Shown: positions 31,387-39,886 of the stretch, piece after piece
Position numbering within the stretch: position 1 is the first letter of the stretch
Layout: every line of letters starts with the position of its first letter
Source: Gemmatimonadaceae bacterium
GTDB taxonomy: Bacteria > Gemmatimonadota > Gemmatimonadetes > Gemmatimonadales > Gemmatimonadaceae
Direction of reading: 5' to 3'
Assembly (NCBI GenBank): GCA_051859245.1
Contig: JBHYGA010000004.1
Location: 512,001-576,000, forward strand
Length of the DNA stretch: 64,000 nucleotides
Notes under the pieces: model-generated
Databases searched by the model: none
Seen by the model: the letters and a program-made list of their open reading frames with translations, nothing else
Told to the model about the DNA's origin: nothing
Program-made: the position numbers and the translations under genes

Positions 31387-31628
31387 GGCCCGTCGTTATC
31401 CATGAGCGCGAGCAGTGCAGCGTTGTTGTCGAGATCGACGCCAGGGCGTAGTCCATTGCCACCACGAAACACCGGAATCACGGGTGTGTGCGCTGGCGCT
31501 TCACGGTCCGCGAGGACCGCAGTCCGCAACGCGTCCTCGATGAACTCGTTCAACGACCGCCCGGCGCGCGCGGCGCGTGCCTTCGCTTCCCGAAGCAGGT
31601 GATCATCGAGGCGGATAGTGGTTCTCAT
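31383..31628 (-). CDS. VapB ribbon-helix-helix antitoxin
   Basis: MRTTIRLDDHLLREAK..AA..GRSL..FIEDALR; GTGA overlap with vapC. Confidence 0.9.
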   Translation of the reverse strand: MRTTIRLDDHLLREAKARAARAGRSLNEFIEDALRTAVLADREAPAHTPVIPVFRGGNGLRPGVDLDNNAALLALMDNDGP

Positions 31629-31709
31629 ACATCTGAACACTACAAAGTGACATTAAAATGTCAACCAACAGTCTCAATATGGAGTCAATAACTCCATAAA
31701 TCATCGCAA

Positions 31710-31903
31710 TATGGAGGTAGAGGAACAGCGACCAAGTGCGCCCCGCGGACCTGCGCAGGCTCAAGGCATTCGTCGACGAATACTCCGAGTGCACACCGTG
31801 GCTACTGTATCGCGGCGCGCAGCGTCTTGAGATTGATGGCGTGAGGTGTTGGCCGGTGGCGCAGTTTCTGGCCGAGTTGGTGCCTGGCGGGTGGCCGGGC
31901 TAA
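31710..31903 (+). pseudogene. Collapsed remnant, C-terminus of a DUF4143-type ATPase/nuclease gene
   Basis: NSDQVRPADLRRLKAFVDEYSECTPWLLYRGAQRLEIDGVRCWPVAQFL resembles DUF4143 C-termini; preceded by the palindrome tatggagt-caata-actccata. Confidence 0.45.
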
Positions 31904-32649
31904 CCAGAGGACTCGGGCGCGCGAAGGTGATCTGACGGGTTTCCCATTTCGAGGCGCTCGAACAGTGCATGATCGAAGATCGGGGCCTGAACGCTATTCG
32001 TGTCACCGAGTGCATCGCTGAGCCGTCCGGCAATGCGGGCGACGAGTTGATTCATGGTATGCACCTCGGACACGAGCGTGGACACATCCCGCGATTCCCA
32101 ATAGTGCGTTTCGTCGCGCACTACCACGTTGACGCCGAGGGAGATGGCGTGGTCGAGCAAACGCACGAGTGCGGTGTGGCACGCAACGAGGTGCGCGTCG
32201 CTGACCGTGGAAGCGTACTGGGTTTTGCAGCTGCAGTGCCAGTACCAGTCCACCGGCGCTCCGCCCGCCGATCGGCGGCGCAGTAAGCCAAATGTGGCCG
32301 TCTCACACCCTTTTCCAGGCTGCACGAGGAACCCCAGCGCTGAGGAGCAATCCCCGTCGAGTGGCGCATCGTCCGCATCATCCGCATCGAATGGAGTGGC
32401 GACGATCTGAGCCCACTGGCGCAGCGCGGCGCGCAGCCCAGCGTGCTCACGTTCGCCGCCGCGATCGCCGCCGCGATCGTCGTCGAGGTCAGTCAACAAC
32501 GGTGAGACATGAGCGAACGGCAGCGATCGCGCGAACGCTTGAAGCGCAGTGAGCGATGCGATCACCGACTCGCGTGTCGTTGACGCGGGGAGGCGAAGTT
32601 CGAAGTTGAGATGAAGTCCGATATTTCCCACCTGTGAGTGATGTCTCAC
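31900..32649 (-). CDS. Hypothetical protein
   Basis: PGKGCETATFGL, WYWHCSCKTQYAS, H..LV.LLD, VRDETHYWESRD look like conserved-family motifs. Confidence 0.7.
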   Translation of the reverse strand: MRHHSQVGNIGLHLNFELRLPASTTRESVIASLTALQAFARSLPFAHVSPLLTDLDDDRGGDRGGEREHAGLRAALRQWAQIVATPFDADDADDAPLDGDCSSALGFLVQPGKGCETATFGLLRRRSAGGAPVDWYWHCSCKTQYASTVSDAHLVACHTALVRLLDHAISLGVNVVVRDETHYWESRDVSTLVSEVHTMNQLVARIAGRLSDALGDTNSVQAPIFDHALFERLEMGNPSDHLRAPESSG

Positions 32650-32700
32650 AGTATCCGGTCATGGCATAATGTGCGGTACCAAAACCTCACCGAACTAATC

Positions 32701-33606
32701 TTACCGTTTCACCAGCGTGCCCCGATACGCGTTGATCGCATCCACGGTGAGCTTCGTACGCAGCTCCGCCACTTTGCGACCGATGTCCTGCAGCCACTCG
32801 AGCGACTCGAACTTCACACCGTTGATCTCCGCTTCACCGGCCCTTACGCGCTGCGGATAGCGGAGCGACACGGGGTCAACGAGCGACATGGTTGCGTCGA
32901 TTGCGAGTTCTTCATGCAAGCCGCTGCTCCCGGTGCTCGCGCCAATGCGGATTTGCTCGGGGATCTTGAGTTCATTTTGAATGAACGGCTGCACGTGTGT
33001 GACGTGGTTGTAATACTCGGCGACGTGTTTGAACACGACGCCTGCGGTGTCGCCCACGTACAGTGCGGTGAGCGAATCCGCGGCGAAGCGCATGCCGGCG
33101 GTGTTTCCGCCGCTGTCGCCGAGGTAGTAGATCTCTTTGAAGCCCATGCTGCGCAGGAAGTTGCCAATGTCGAAGAGCAGCGCGCGATACGTGGCCTGAG
33201 AAATCATCGGGCCCGCACGACCGGGCGTGATGTTGGAGCCCACGTTGCCAGGTTCAAGTGTCACGAGCGGCGCGACGAGTGTCTTGCCCAACCGACGCGC
33301 AATCATTTCGCCGTGCAGCCGGTTGTTGATGTTGTGTTTGTCGAGCACGAGGTTCGCGCTGTTGTCCTCCACGCCGCCGGTGAGCACCAGTACGGTTGTG
33401 TAACCATCGCGGATCATGTCGCGCAGCTCGGGCTGCGTGAGCTGCTCAATCCACACGGTGTTCACGCCCTCGATGGTGCGCGGCGCATTCGCGGGGCGAC
33501 GCGGCGGTTGCGGTGCGGCGGCGCCGGTTGGCGGCTGCTGCGCGGCGGCGCTTGCGGGCGCGGTGGCGAGTGCGAGGAGGGATAACAACAGCAAGGTCGC
33601 GCGCAT
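32701..33606 (-). CDS. Creatininase-family protein (secreted)
   Basis: Signal peptide; TGGVE.N..L.L.KH, GDSGGN, GLHE. Confidence 0.8.
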   Translation of the reverse strand: MRATLLLLSLLALATAPASAAAQQPPTGAAAPQPPRRPANAPRTIEGVNTVWIEQLTQPELRDMIRDGYTTVLVLTGGVEDNSANLVLDKHNINNRLHGEMIARRLGKTLVAPLVTLEPGNVGSNITPGRAGPMISQATYRALLFDIGNFLRSMGFKEIYYLGDSGGNTAGMRFAADSLTALYVGDTAGVVFKHVAEYYNHVTHVQPFIQNELKIPEQIRIGASTGSSGLHEELAIDATMSLVDPVSLRYPQRVRAGEAEINGVKFESLEWLQDIGRKVAELRTKLTVDAINAYRGTLVKR

Positions 33607-33728
33607 CAAGGTCTCCGGACAGCGGGAGCGAGTGGGTTGCAGGCGTGTGTGGTGGTATTCAATATGATATGGTGGCAACGGCGTCCTCTCCTCTTTCGAT
33701 TGCTTGGAGCAGCGTAAGCGAACCCATG

Positions 33729-34006
33729 ATGGACCCACGCGCCATTCTGTGGAAGCACTCGCGCAACTGTCGGCGGCGGTCATGCAAGGACTGGTCGACA
33801 GCGAAGGCGCGATCGGCTACTTCATGGGCATCAACAACGCGCGTTTTCGCGGTGAGGCCGCGCCGGGTGACGTGATCACGCTCTCAGTGGAGCTACAACA
33901 GTTTCGACGTGGTATCTGCAAAACGCACGGCGTAGCGACTGTGAATGGAACGCAAGTTGTGCGCGTTGATATGACGTCGATTATTCGCAGTGCAACCACT
34001 ACCTGA
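33729..34006 (+). pseudogene. Internally deleted, frameshifted copy of the FabZ-like gene
   Basis: First 7 codons fused to the segment equivalent to 20241-20497; 154 nt missing. Confidence 0.9.
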
Positions 34007-34042
34007 TGGCAACGTCCATGCTGGCGACACTGCGCGGCCGCG

Positions 34043-34888
34043 CTATGCTCCGATGGTTTTGGAGATCCAGTCCCGGTAATGGCTCAGCCGCACGTTGCAG
34101 GTCACCTGCCCATAGCGTCCCGGCGTACGTACGGTGCTCTGTGGATCGGACCAGGACGTCAGCCCCGCGACCACCAAGCGGTCGCCATCCTGTATGAGAA
34201 GCGGGCCGCCGCTGTCGCCGCTGCCGGAGCCTCCCTCGAGCGGCAGCGCATTCGCGGGCTCGTCGAACACGTAACAGATCCAACGCCCATGCGCGCTCGT
34301 GATGCGGTTGTACGCGCGGCGCAGCGTCGTGCGATGCGCATCGCTGAACTGGTAACCCGTGACGCCGTTGCCGGTCGCACCTTTTCCGATGATCTGCACG
34401 ACCTTGTCGTATTCGCTGTCACCTTCGTTCATCGCAGCCGGTGCAACATCGGTGACCGACTCGGCAAGCTTCAGCAGCGCGATGTCGTCCGATGTGGCGA
34501 GCAGCGATCGGAAGAGCGTCCAATCCCACGTGGCCAGCGCACGGTCGACCACTTCCTGCGGCGGTTTCGTGTAGCCCGGGTGCACCACGAGACGCTCAAC
34601 GCGCCGAGCTGTGCCGTTGAGCATCACGTGGGTGAGTTCGTGTTGCCACGTGACGGCATGCGCGGCGGTGACGACCCACTGCGGCGCAATGAGGACGCCG
34701 TGTCCTTCGCCAGGCATGTCCACGAGCGCCGGGAACGCCGAGGCAGGAACTCGATACTGCGCGTCGTCCACGTCATCTCGAATGACGATGGCGTCGGCAG
34801 CCGTCGAGACAATGAACACGGCGAGTGCGACGAGGAGCAGAGTTTTGGTCACGGCGAATTGGTGAGGAAGGCACACTCGCGGCTTCAA
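34043..34888 (-). CDS. Trypsin-like (S1) serine protease
   Basis: VTAAHA, DIALLKL, GDSGGPL. Confidence 0.92.
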   Translation of the reverse strand: MKPRVCLPHQFAVTKTLLLVALAVFIVSTAADAIVIRDDVDDAQYRVPASAFPALVDMPGEGHGVLIAPQWVVTAAHAVTWQHELTHVMLNGTARRVERLVVHPGYTKPPQEVVDRALATWDWTLFRSLLATSDDIALLKLAESVTDVAPAAMNEGDSEYDKVVQIIGKGATGNGVTGYQFSDAHRTTLRRAYNRITSAHGRWICYVFDEPANALPLEGGSGSGDSGGPLLIQDGDRLVVAGLTSWSDPQSTVRTPGRYGQVTCNVRLSHYRDWISKTIGA

Positions 34889-34932
34889 CCGTGTACGACC
34901 CGCTGATGAGGGAAGTTTCGGCTACTCGATCT

Positions 34933-35364
34933 ATGACCACAGCCAGAATGCCAGCGGAACCACTTATTGGCCAACGTGCACGAGGATTTGCGTGGCGCTC
35001 GCTACTGCCAGCGATGATGGTGGTCAGCCTCCTCTCGGCCTGCAATGGCGCCACGTCCGAGCCGTTCGCCACGTTCGAGGTGTCTGGATCGGTGCGTTTC
35101 GTGAGCGGGACACCGGTGCCAAACGCATCGGTTGTCGTGCAGACGTTTGGCGACGCGTGCGGAGTGAGTGCGCTGATTCACCATGGAACCGCCACCACTA
35201 ACAGCCAGGGAGCGTTTCGCCTTCAGCTTGGCTCGGGCTTCGACGGCTGCATTCGCGCCATTGCTACAGTGAGCGATGAGCGCAGTGCGTTTGTCGTCCG
35301 CGAAGGAGTGCGCGCTGCGGGCGGTGACACCATTACGCAGCTGAACGTGACGATTTCGGACTAA
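34933..35364 (+). CDS. Small lipoprotein with carboxypeptidase-regulatory-like beta-sandwich
   Basis: LLSAC lipobox; VSGSV...G.PV.NA.V...TNSQG.F. Confidence 0.55.
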   Translation: MTTARMPAEPLIGQRARGFAWRSLLPAMMVVSLLSACNGATSEPFATFEVSGSVRFVSGTPVPNASVVVQTFGDACGVSALIHHGTATTNSQGAFRLQLGSGFDGCIRAIATVSDERSAFVVREGVRAAGGDTITQLNVTISD

Positions 35365-35393
35365 CACAACACGCCCGCTTCGGCGAACAGCGT

Positions 35394-35470
35394 TCCACTC
35401 GGTGCCGTGCTCGATCGCGAGCGCGGCGTGATTGGCATTCGCCACGTGATTCCCGCTCACTCCGTCATGG
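35394..35470 (-). repeat. Degenerate fragment of vapC (30958-31386)
   Basis: 67/77 identity with 31020-31096; encodes HAALAIEHGTEW. Confidence 0.85.
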
Positions 35471-35616
35471 CCGCAGATCCAGGCAGGTTGACATCTATGT
35501 TAAAACGATGAGCCACTTCGCGAACAATTTCCGCCTCGGTCATGAGAGACATGTGTGAGGCTCGCACTCGGCGGCCTCTTTGCCCTGTCGCCGCTTATCC
35601 TGTCGGAGCCCACCTC

Positions 35617-36201
35617 ATGAACCGGCTGCTCGCACTCAGTCTGTTGCTCGTTACCGCAGTCTCGCAGGTGCACGCAGCACAGCCGGTGCAGGGCTTTGTC
35701 GGGAGCTTCGCCCCCGCGAACTGGTCGAGCTTTCCAGGTGATGGTTCGATCGCCTTTGACGCCACATCGTTGATCCTGACAAGCGGTGATTTCTTGCAGC
35801 CGTCGTTTACCGATGTCTCGATCAACGTGCCATTCGCCGTCCGCGTGAGCTTTGATTGGGACTACGCGACCAACGACTTTCCGGAGTTCGACCCGTTCGG
35901 CATCACCACGCTGTCGCCGTTAAACGCCCCTGTATTCACCGCGCTCTCCGACGGGAACGGCAACGAAGTGCAGTCCGGCAACTTCTCGATACTGTTGTCG
36001 GCTGGCGAGCTGTTTGCGTTTACCGCCAGGAGTACCGATGGAATTGGAGGCGCGGCGACGACTCGGATCTCCAACTTTGCCTTTGAGCAAACCGGCGTCG
36101 ATGTTCCCGAGCCGAGTAGCATGGCGCTGTTGTTGGCGGCGCTTGTAGCGAGCGCTGCGTTCCGCCGTGGGTGGCTGTCGCGGCGAGACTGCGCCGGGTG
36201 A
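35617..36201 (+). CDS. PEP-CTERM sorting-domain protein
   Basis: Signal peptide; VPEPSSMALLLAALVASAAFRR. Confidence 0.85.
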   Translation: MNRLLALSLLLVTAVSQVHAAQPVQGFVGSFAPANWSSFPGDGSIAFDATSLILTSGDFLQPSFTDVSINVPFAVRVSFDWDYATNDFPEFDPFGITTLSPLNAPVFTALSDGNGNEVQSGNFSILLSAGELFAFTARSTDGIGGAATTRISNFAFEQTGVDVPEPSSMALLLAALVASAAFRRGWLSRRDCAG

Positions 36202-36212
36202 TGTGATCGCGC
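36178..36212 (+). repeat. Third, short fabZ-like fragment
   Basis: 30/35 identity with 20338-20372. Confidence 0.6.
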
Positions 36213-36225
36213 GTTCGCCCAAGCG

Positions 36226-36861
36226 TCAGAAGTACAGCGCTCCGCGAATGCTCACTCCGCCAAGCGACAGCCGCGTGACCGTGCGCTTCTGCTCCGTTAG
36301 TGGTGAGTTATTGTTCTCGCGCGAGACGGTTGCGCTGACCGTCCAGGCGGCGCCGAGCGAGAGACTGCGCGTGACCATCCAAAGCGCACCGAGGTCGGCA
36401 AAAATGCCGCCGCCGCCGTTGTTGTTGGTCACCGACTCGCCGCCGAACTGCTGCTCGGTGCGTGTTACTCCCGCGAGCGCTCCGATTGTGAAATGCTGCA
36501 GCACGTCTTCACTGGCCGGTCGAAAGAATCGTCGGCCGAGCTGAACATTCAATGAGCGATTGCCCGTGACTCCGGCTGTGAGCGGCGGGTCGCTCTCATT
36601 GTCTGTCTCCTGCAACTCGCCACGCACGGTACCGATCCAGGCGCGCGTTGGCGAAGAGAACCGCATCAGGCCGGCGCTCGCGTAGTTGCCAAGCGCAAAC
36701 TCGGCGCCCCATTGACCCGCACGGAACGTCGTGCTGTCTGCGGATTGGGCCGAAAGCGATCGTTCTGGAATGTTCAGCGCTACAGCGAGCGTAGCAGCTG
36801 CGATAAATGTGCGGCGAATAATCGAGCGCAATGGAATCTCGGAGGTAGAAGTAGGCAGCAC
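36226..36861 (-). CDS. Outer-membrane beta-barrel protein (paralog 1)
   Basis: Signal peptide; AGQWGAEF; C-terminal IRGALYF. Confidence 0.7.
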   Translation of the reverse strand: MLPTSTSEIPLRSIIRRTFIAAATLAVALNIPERSLSAQSADSTTFRAGQWGAEFALGNYASAGLMRFSSPTRAWIGTVRGELQETDNESDPPLTAGVTGNRSLNVQLGRRFFRPASEDVLQHFTIGALAGVTRTEQQFGGESVTNNNGGGGIFADLGALWMVTRSLSLGAAWTVSATVSRENNNSPLTEQKRTVTRLSLGGVSIRGALYF

Positions 36862-36891
36862 ACACTGTGCGTAGAGACGGAGGAACGCCGG

Positions 36892-37527
36892 TCAGAAGTA
36901 CAGCGCCGCTCGAATGTCCACTTGGCCAAACAAAATTCTGGTCGAGGTCAACGTCGTTGTTTCTGGTGGTGAGAGCCCACCTTCGCTCCGCCCTCGCGAT
37001 CGCACGCGCGACGCCTCAGCACTCCATGCTGCGCCGATCGACAATCGTGGTGTCACCATGTAGAGTGCGCCCACGTCGACGAACGCTCCACCACCACCGT
37101 ACCATTGGGAGGACGGAAACGTCGGGCCCGCTCGCTCGCGGCCACCGAGCACGATTACGCCTACGGTGGCATGCTGCTGCACGCGGCTTGACATGGTGCG
37201 ATACCAGCGATGCCCAAGTCGCAGCGCGATTTCCGCGTCGTTGAAGGATCGTGCGACCGCGTCGGGCTCAAACCCGCGCTGTTGCACGTCGCTCCGAGTA
37301 CGCTGGATACTCGCCCCTACCGCGCCGATCCACGCACGGTTCGGTGTGGAGAATCGCAAGAGTCCCAGACTTGCGAAGGCAGCCTCGAGCCCGATCTCTG
37401 CGCCCCACTGTCCGGCCTCAAAGGCCGTGGTGTCGGGGGCTTGTGCGGCAGTTGTGGTGGGCAGCGTGACAACACCCGCCATGATGCACGCACTGACGTA
37501 CAACGACCGTAGCACCGCAACAGGCAT
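36892..37527 (-). CDS. Outer-membrane beta-barrel protein (paralog 2)
   Basis: Signal peptide; AGQWGAEI; C-terminal IRAALYF. Confidence 0.7.
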   Translation of the reverse strand: MPVAVLRSLYVSACIMAGVVTLPTTTAAQAPDTTAFEAGQWGAEIGLEAAFASLGLLRFSTPNRAWIGAVGASIQRTRSDVQQRGFEPDAVARSFNDAEIALRLGHRWYRTMSSRVQQHATVGVIVLGGRERAGPTFPSSQWYGGGGAFVDVGALYMVTPRLSIGAAWSAEASRVRSRGRSEGGLSPPETTTLTSTRILFGQVDIRAALYF

Positions 37528-37694
37528 GCAAGCCTCGAGAGGAAAAGTTGCCGGGCGGCGCAGGTTTACAGCGGATCAGTACTTACGATAATTGCACACG
37601 CACCGTGAGTGTTTGTGTACGCAACGCACTTCAAAGTTCCATCGAGGGCCCGGGATTGCGCTGTCCGTCTGAGACAACATTCGTTGCCTCGCAG

Positions 37695-38255
37695 CTAGTA
37701 TCGGCAGTACTTGTCAATCAGGGCCTTCGCCGTTCCATTTGACTCGGCACGACGCGACAGCCAGCACAGCAGCGGTTCGATAAACGAAAGCAACCCGGGC
37801 ATATTCGTGTCTCCCCATCGCACAATCAACGCGGTGTGATAGAGATTCTTCGGCACGCCTTTACGAGTCGTGAGACCGTCGGCCGCCAAGCCGTACATCA
37901 CCTGGAGCATCCGCTCGAATCCGGGTGATCCTGGCTCAATGAGCACATTGAACGTCACGGGTTCACCCGAAGACGGATTGTAGAATCGATGCACTTGCCC
38001 GGCTTTCGCTGTGACCGATTCCGAGGGCGATAGTAGCAGCGTCTCCGTTCCTACTTGCAGACCAAGGGTGCCCTCCACGCATGTGAAGGACTCATCGAAG
38101 GTCCGGTGGTAGTGCAACTCATTGCTTCCGCCAGGCGCGAGCTCGATTTGCGCGAGACTATACTCTCCCCTCGTCTCAGCTGAGAGTTCAAGGAAGGTGA
38201 CCCGGTCGTTGATAACGGGATTCGTAATCGTGCGCGAATACGCAATCGTCGTCAT
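37695..38255 (-). CDS. Cupin-domain protein
   Basis: LHYHRTFDESF.CVEG, G.VHRFYN; GGAGG RBS. Confidence 0.85.
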   Translation of the reverse strand: MTTIAYSRTITNPVINDRVTFLELSAETRGEYSLAQIELAPGGSNELHYHRTFDESFTCVEGTLGLQVGTETLLLSPSESVTAKAGQVHRFYNPSSGEPVTFNVLIEPGSPGFERMLQVMYGLAADGLTTRKGVPKNLYHTALIVRWGDTNMPGLLSFIEPLLCWLSRRAESNGTAKALIDKYCRY

Positions 38256-38311
38256 CGCTGTACCTCCGCTGGACGTGAAGAAGTGTTCGGAGTCGATCAG
38301 CACCGTCGGCA

Positions 38312-38686
38312 TCATCGAGCCCAAGGCGGTGTCATCGGCGCTGCCTCGCCAACGATTACTTCCCCGCCGACCGGGAAGATCGCGATGGCTTCGAACGGGA
38401 TGTCGTGAGGATTCGCGAGCTTGAACACGCTCGACGCAGGCACGATCAGCGTGGACCCAGCTTCGACGTCGAGCACCTCCCCGTTAATGGTCGCCTGACC
38501 CTTCCCGGAGAGGGCGACCAGGATCTCTTCACGCGTGACGCGGTGTGCAGTGCCCGGTGTCCCTGGCTCTACGTGCAGACGCCAGGTGGCGGTCTCCAGG
38601 GTTCCGAGGCTCGGAGCCGCCAACGAGGTAAAGCGCGTGCCGGATACATCGAAAGAGCGGTGGTCGGACGGGTGTAGCAGTGGCAT
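38312..38686 (-). CDS. Cupin-domain protein
   Basis: PGTPGTAHRVTREEIL.ALSG.G; GGAG RBS. Confidence 0.8.
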   Translation of the reverse strand: MPLLHPSDHRSFDVSGTRFTSLAAPSLGTLETATWRLHVEPGTPGTAHRVTREEILVALSGKGQATINGEVLDVEAGSTLIVPASSVFKLANPHDIPFEAIAIFPVGGEVIVGEAAPMTPPWAR

Positions 38687-38740
38687 TTGAGTCTCCTTGA
38701 GGTTATACTTCACTGAAGATTATAAACCTTGGTGAATAAT

Positions 38741-39208
38741 ATGGCAAGCCCCCAGACTCAGATCGATCTTGGCGTTCTCTTCAACCTGGCGTACGGCGCC
38801 TTCGTCGCCCGCCTCCACACGGCGATGGCAAAGGCCGGATTTCAGGATCTCGGCCAATCTTTCGGCTACGTGTTCCGGCTTATCGATGCCGAACCGGTGA
38901 GTCTCGCCGCCCTCGCGACCCGTCTGCAGATGACGCCCCAGGGCGCGCTGAAGATTGTGGCCGACATGGAAGCGAAGGGCTATGTGGAACGGCGCAACCA
39001 TCCTGATGACGCGCGCGTGCGCATGGTGGCGCTCACGCCTCGCGGGCGAACGGCACTGCTCACCGCGAGGCGGTTCCACACGGCATTCGAAGCCGAGTTA
39101 GCTGTCCAGGTTGGCGCCGCTCAAGCGTTGGCCCTTCGGCACACGCTTGAGCGTATCGTTGCCGACGCTGCGGCCGACGGAATCGAGCTCACGGCTCGGC
39201 CCGCGTAG
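38741..39208 (+). CDS. MarR-family regulator
   Basis: LA.RLQMTPQG..KIV..ME.KGYVERR..PDDAR...V.LT.RG; divergent from the cupin genes, with a cttca-c-tgaag palindrome between them. Confidence 0.9.
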   Translation: MASPQTQIDLGVLFNLAYGAFVARLHTAMAKAGFQDLGQSFGYVFRLIDAEPVSLAALATRLQMTPQGALKIVADMEAKGYVERRNHPDDARVRMVALTPRGRTALLTARRFHTAFEAELAVQVGAAQALALRHTLERIVADAAADGIELTARPA

Positions 39209-39267
39209 ACAGAAGTACACGCCGTAGTGCTCGTATCGATCCTGTTCCTCCCAAGCCGACGCGCACG

Positions 39268-39765
39268 TTGACCGAGTTCAGCATCCAGCCATTGATTCGC
39301 AGCCCAGTCGCCGACGCCGCTCTTGAGCGCCTGCTACGTGAGACGTATGTCTCGGCGGGTTACACCGACGCAGACCGTGCAGCGACGCTCTTCAGCGCCG
39401 ACGCCGTGCACGCGCGTGGTAGCACTCGCGCCGCCTATGACGGCGACGGCACGCTCGTAGGCACGGGCACGCTCGTCATCGGCGGAACTCCCGCCAGCCG
39501 CCTCGCGACCGGGAGCGAGGCGGAGCTGCATCTGCTCGCGGTCGCGGCTAACGCGCGCGGACGCGGCGTTGGCGAGGCCATCGTCAACGTGCTGCTGCAA
39601 GACGCCAAGCAGGCGGGCGCTGCCACGGTATGGCTCTGGACCCAACCGGCGATGCTCGCCGCGCAGCGGCTCTACCTGCGCTTGGGCTTTCACAGAGAAC
39701 CGGTGCACGATTTTCGTCTCGGCGACCGCACGTTCCTCGTCTTCGCCAGGGCGTGCACGAGTTGA
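39268..39765 (+). CDS. GNAT N-acetyltransferase
   Basis: LAVAANARGRGVG, AQRLYLRLGF. Confidence 0.85.
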   Translation: MTEFSIQPLIRSPVADAALERLLRETYVSAGYTDADRAATLFSADAVHARGSTRAAYDGDGTLVGTGTLVIGGTPASRLATGSEAELHLLAVAANARGRGVGEAIVNVLLQDAKQAGAATVWLWTQPAMLAAQRLYLRLGFHREPVHDFRLGDRTFLVFARACTS

Positions 39766-39807
39766 CTCGCAACTGCTCAGTTGAACGTAACGATTCCGAA
39801 CGAATGC

Positions 39808-39847
39808 AAAACGCCCGCCCCAACGAACGTCGTCGGAGCGGGCGTTT
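39808..39847 (-). terminator. Intrinsic terminator between the convergent GNAT and M28 genes
   Basis: aaacgcccgc...gcgggcgttt stem with a T-run on the minus strand. Confidence 0.65.
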
Positions 39848-39886
39848 CACATCACGCGTGTGTTCTCGCGTTACATGTCGTTCAAC

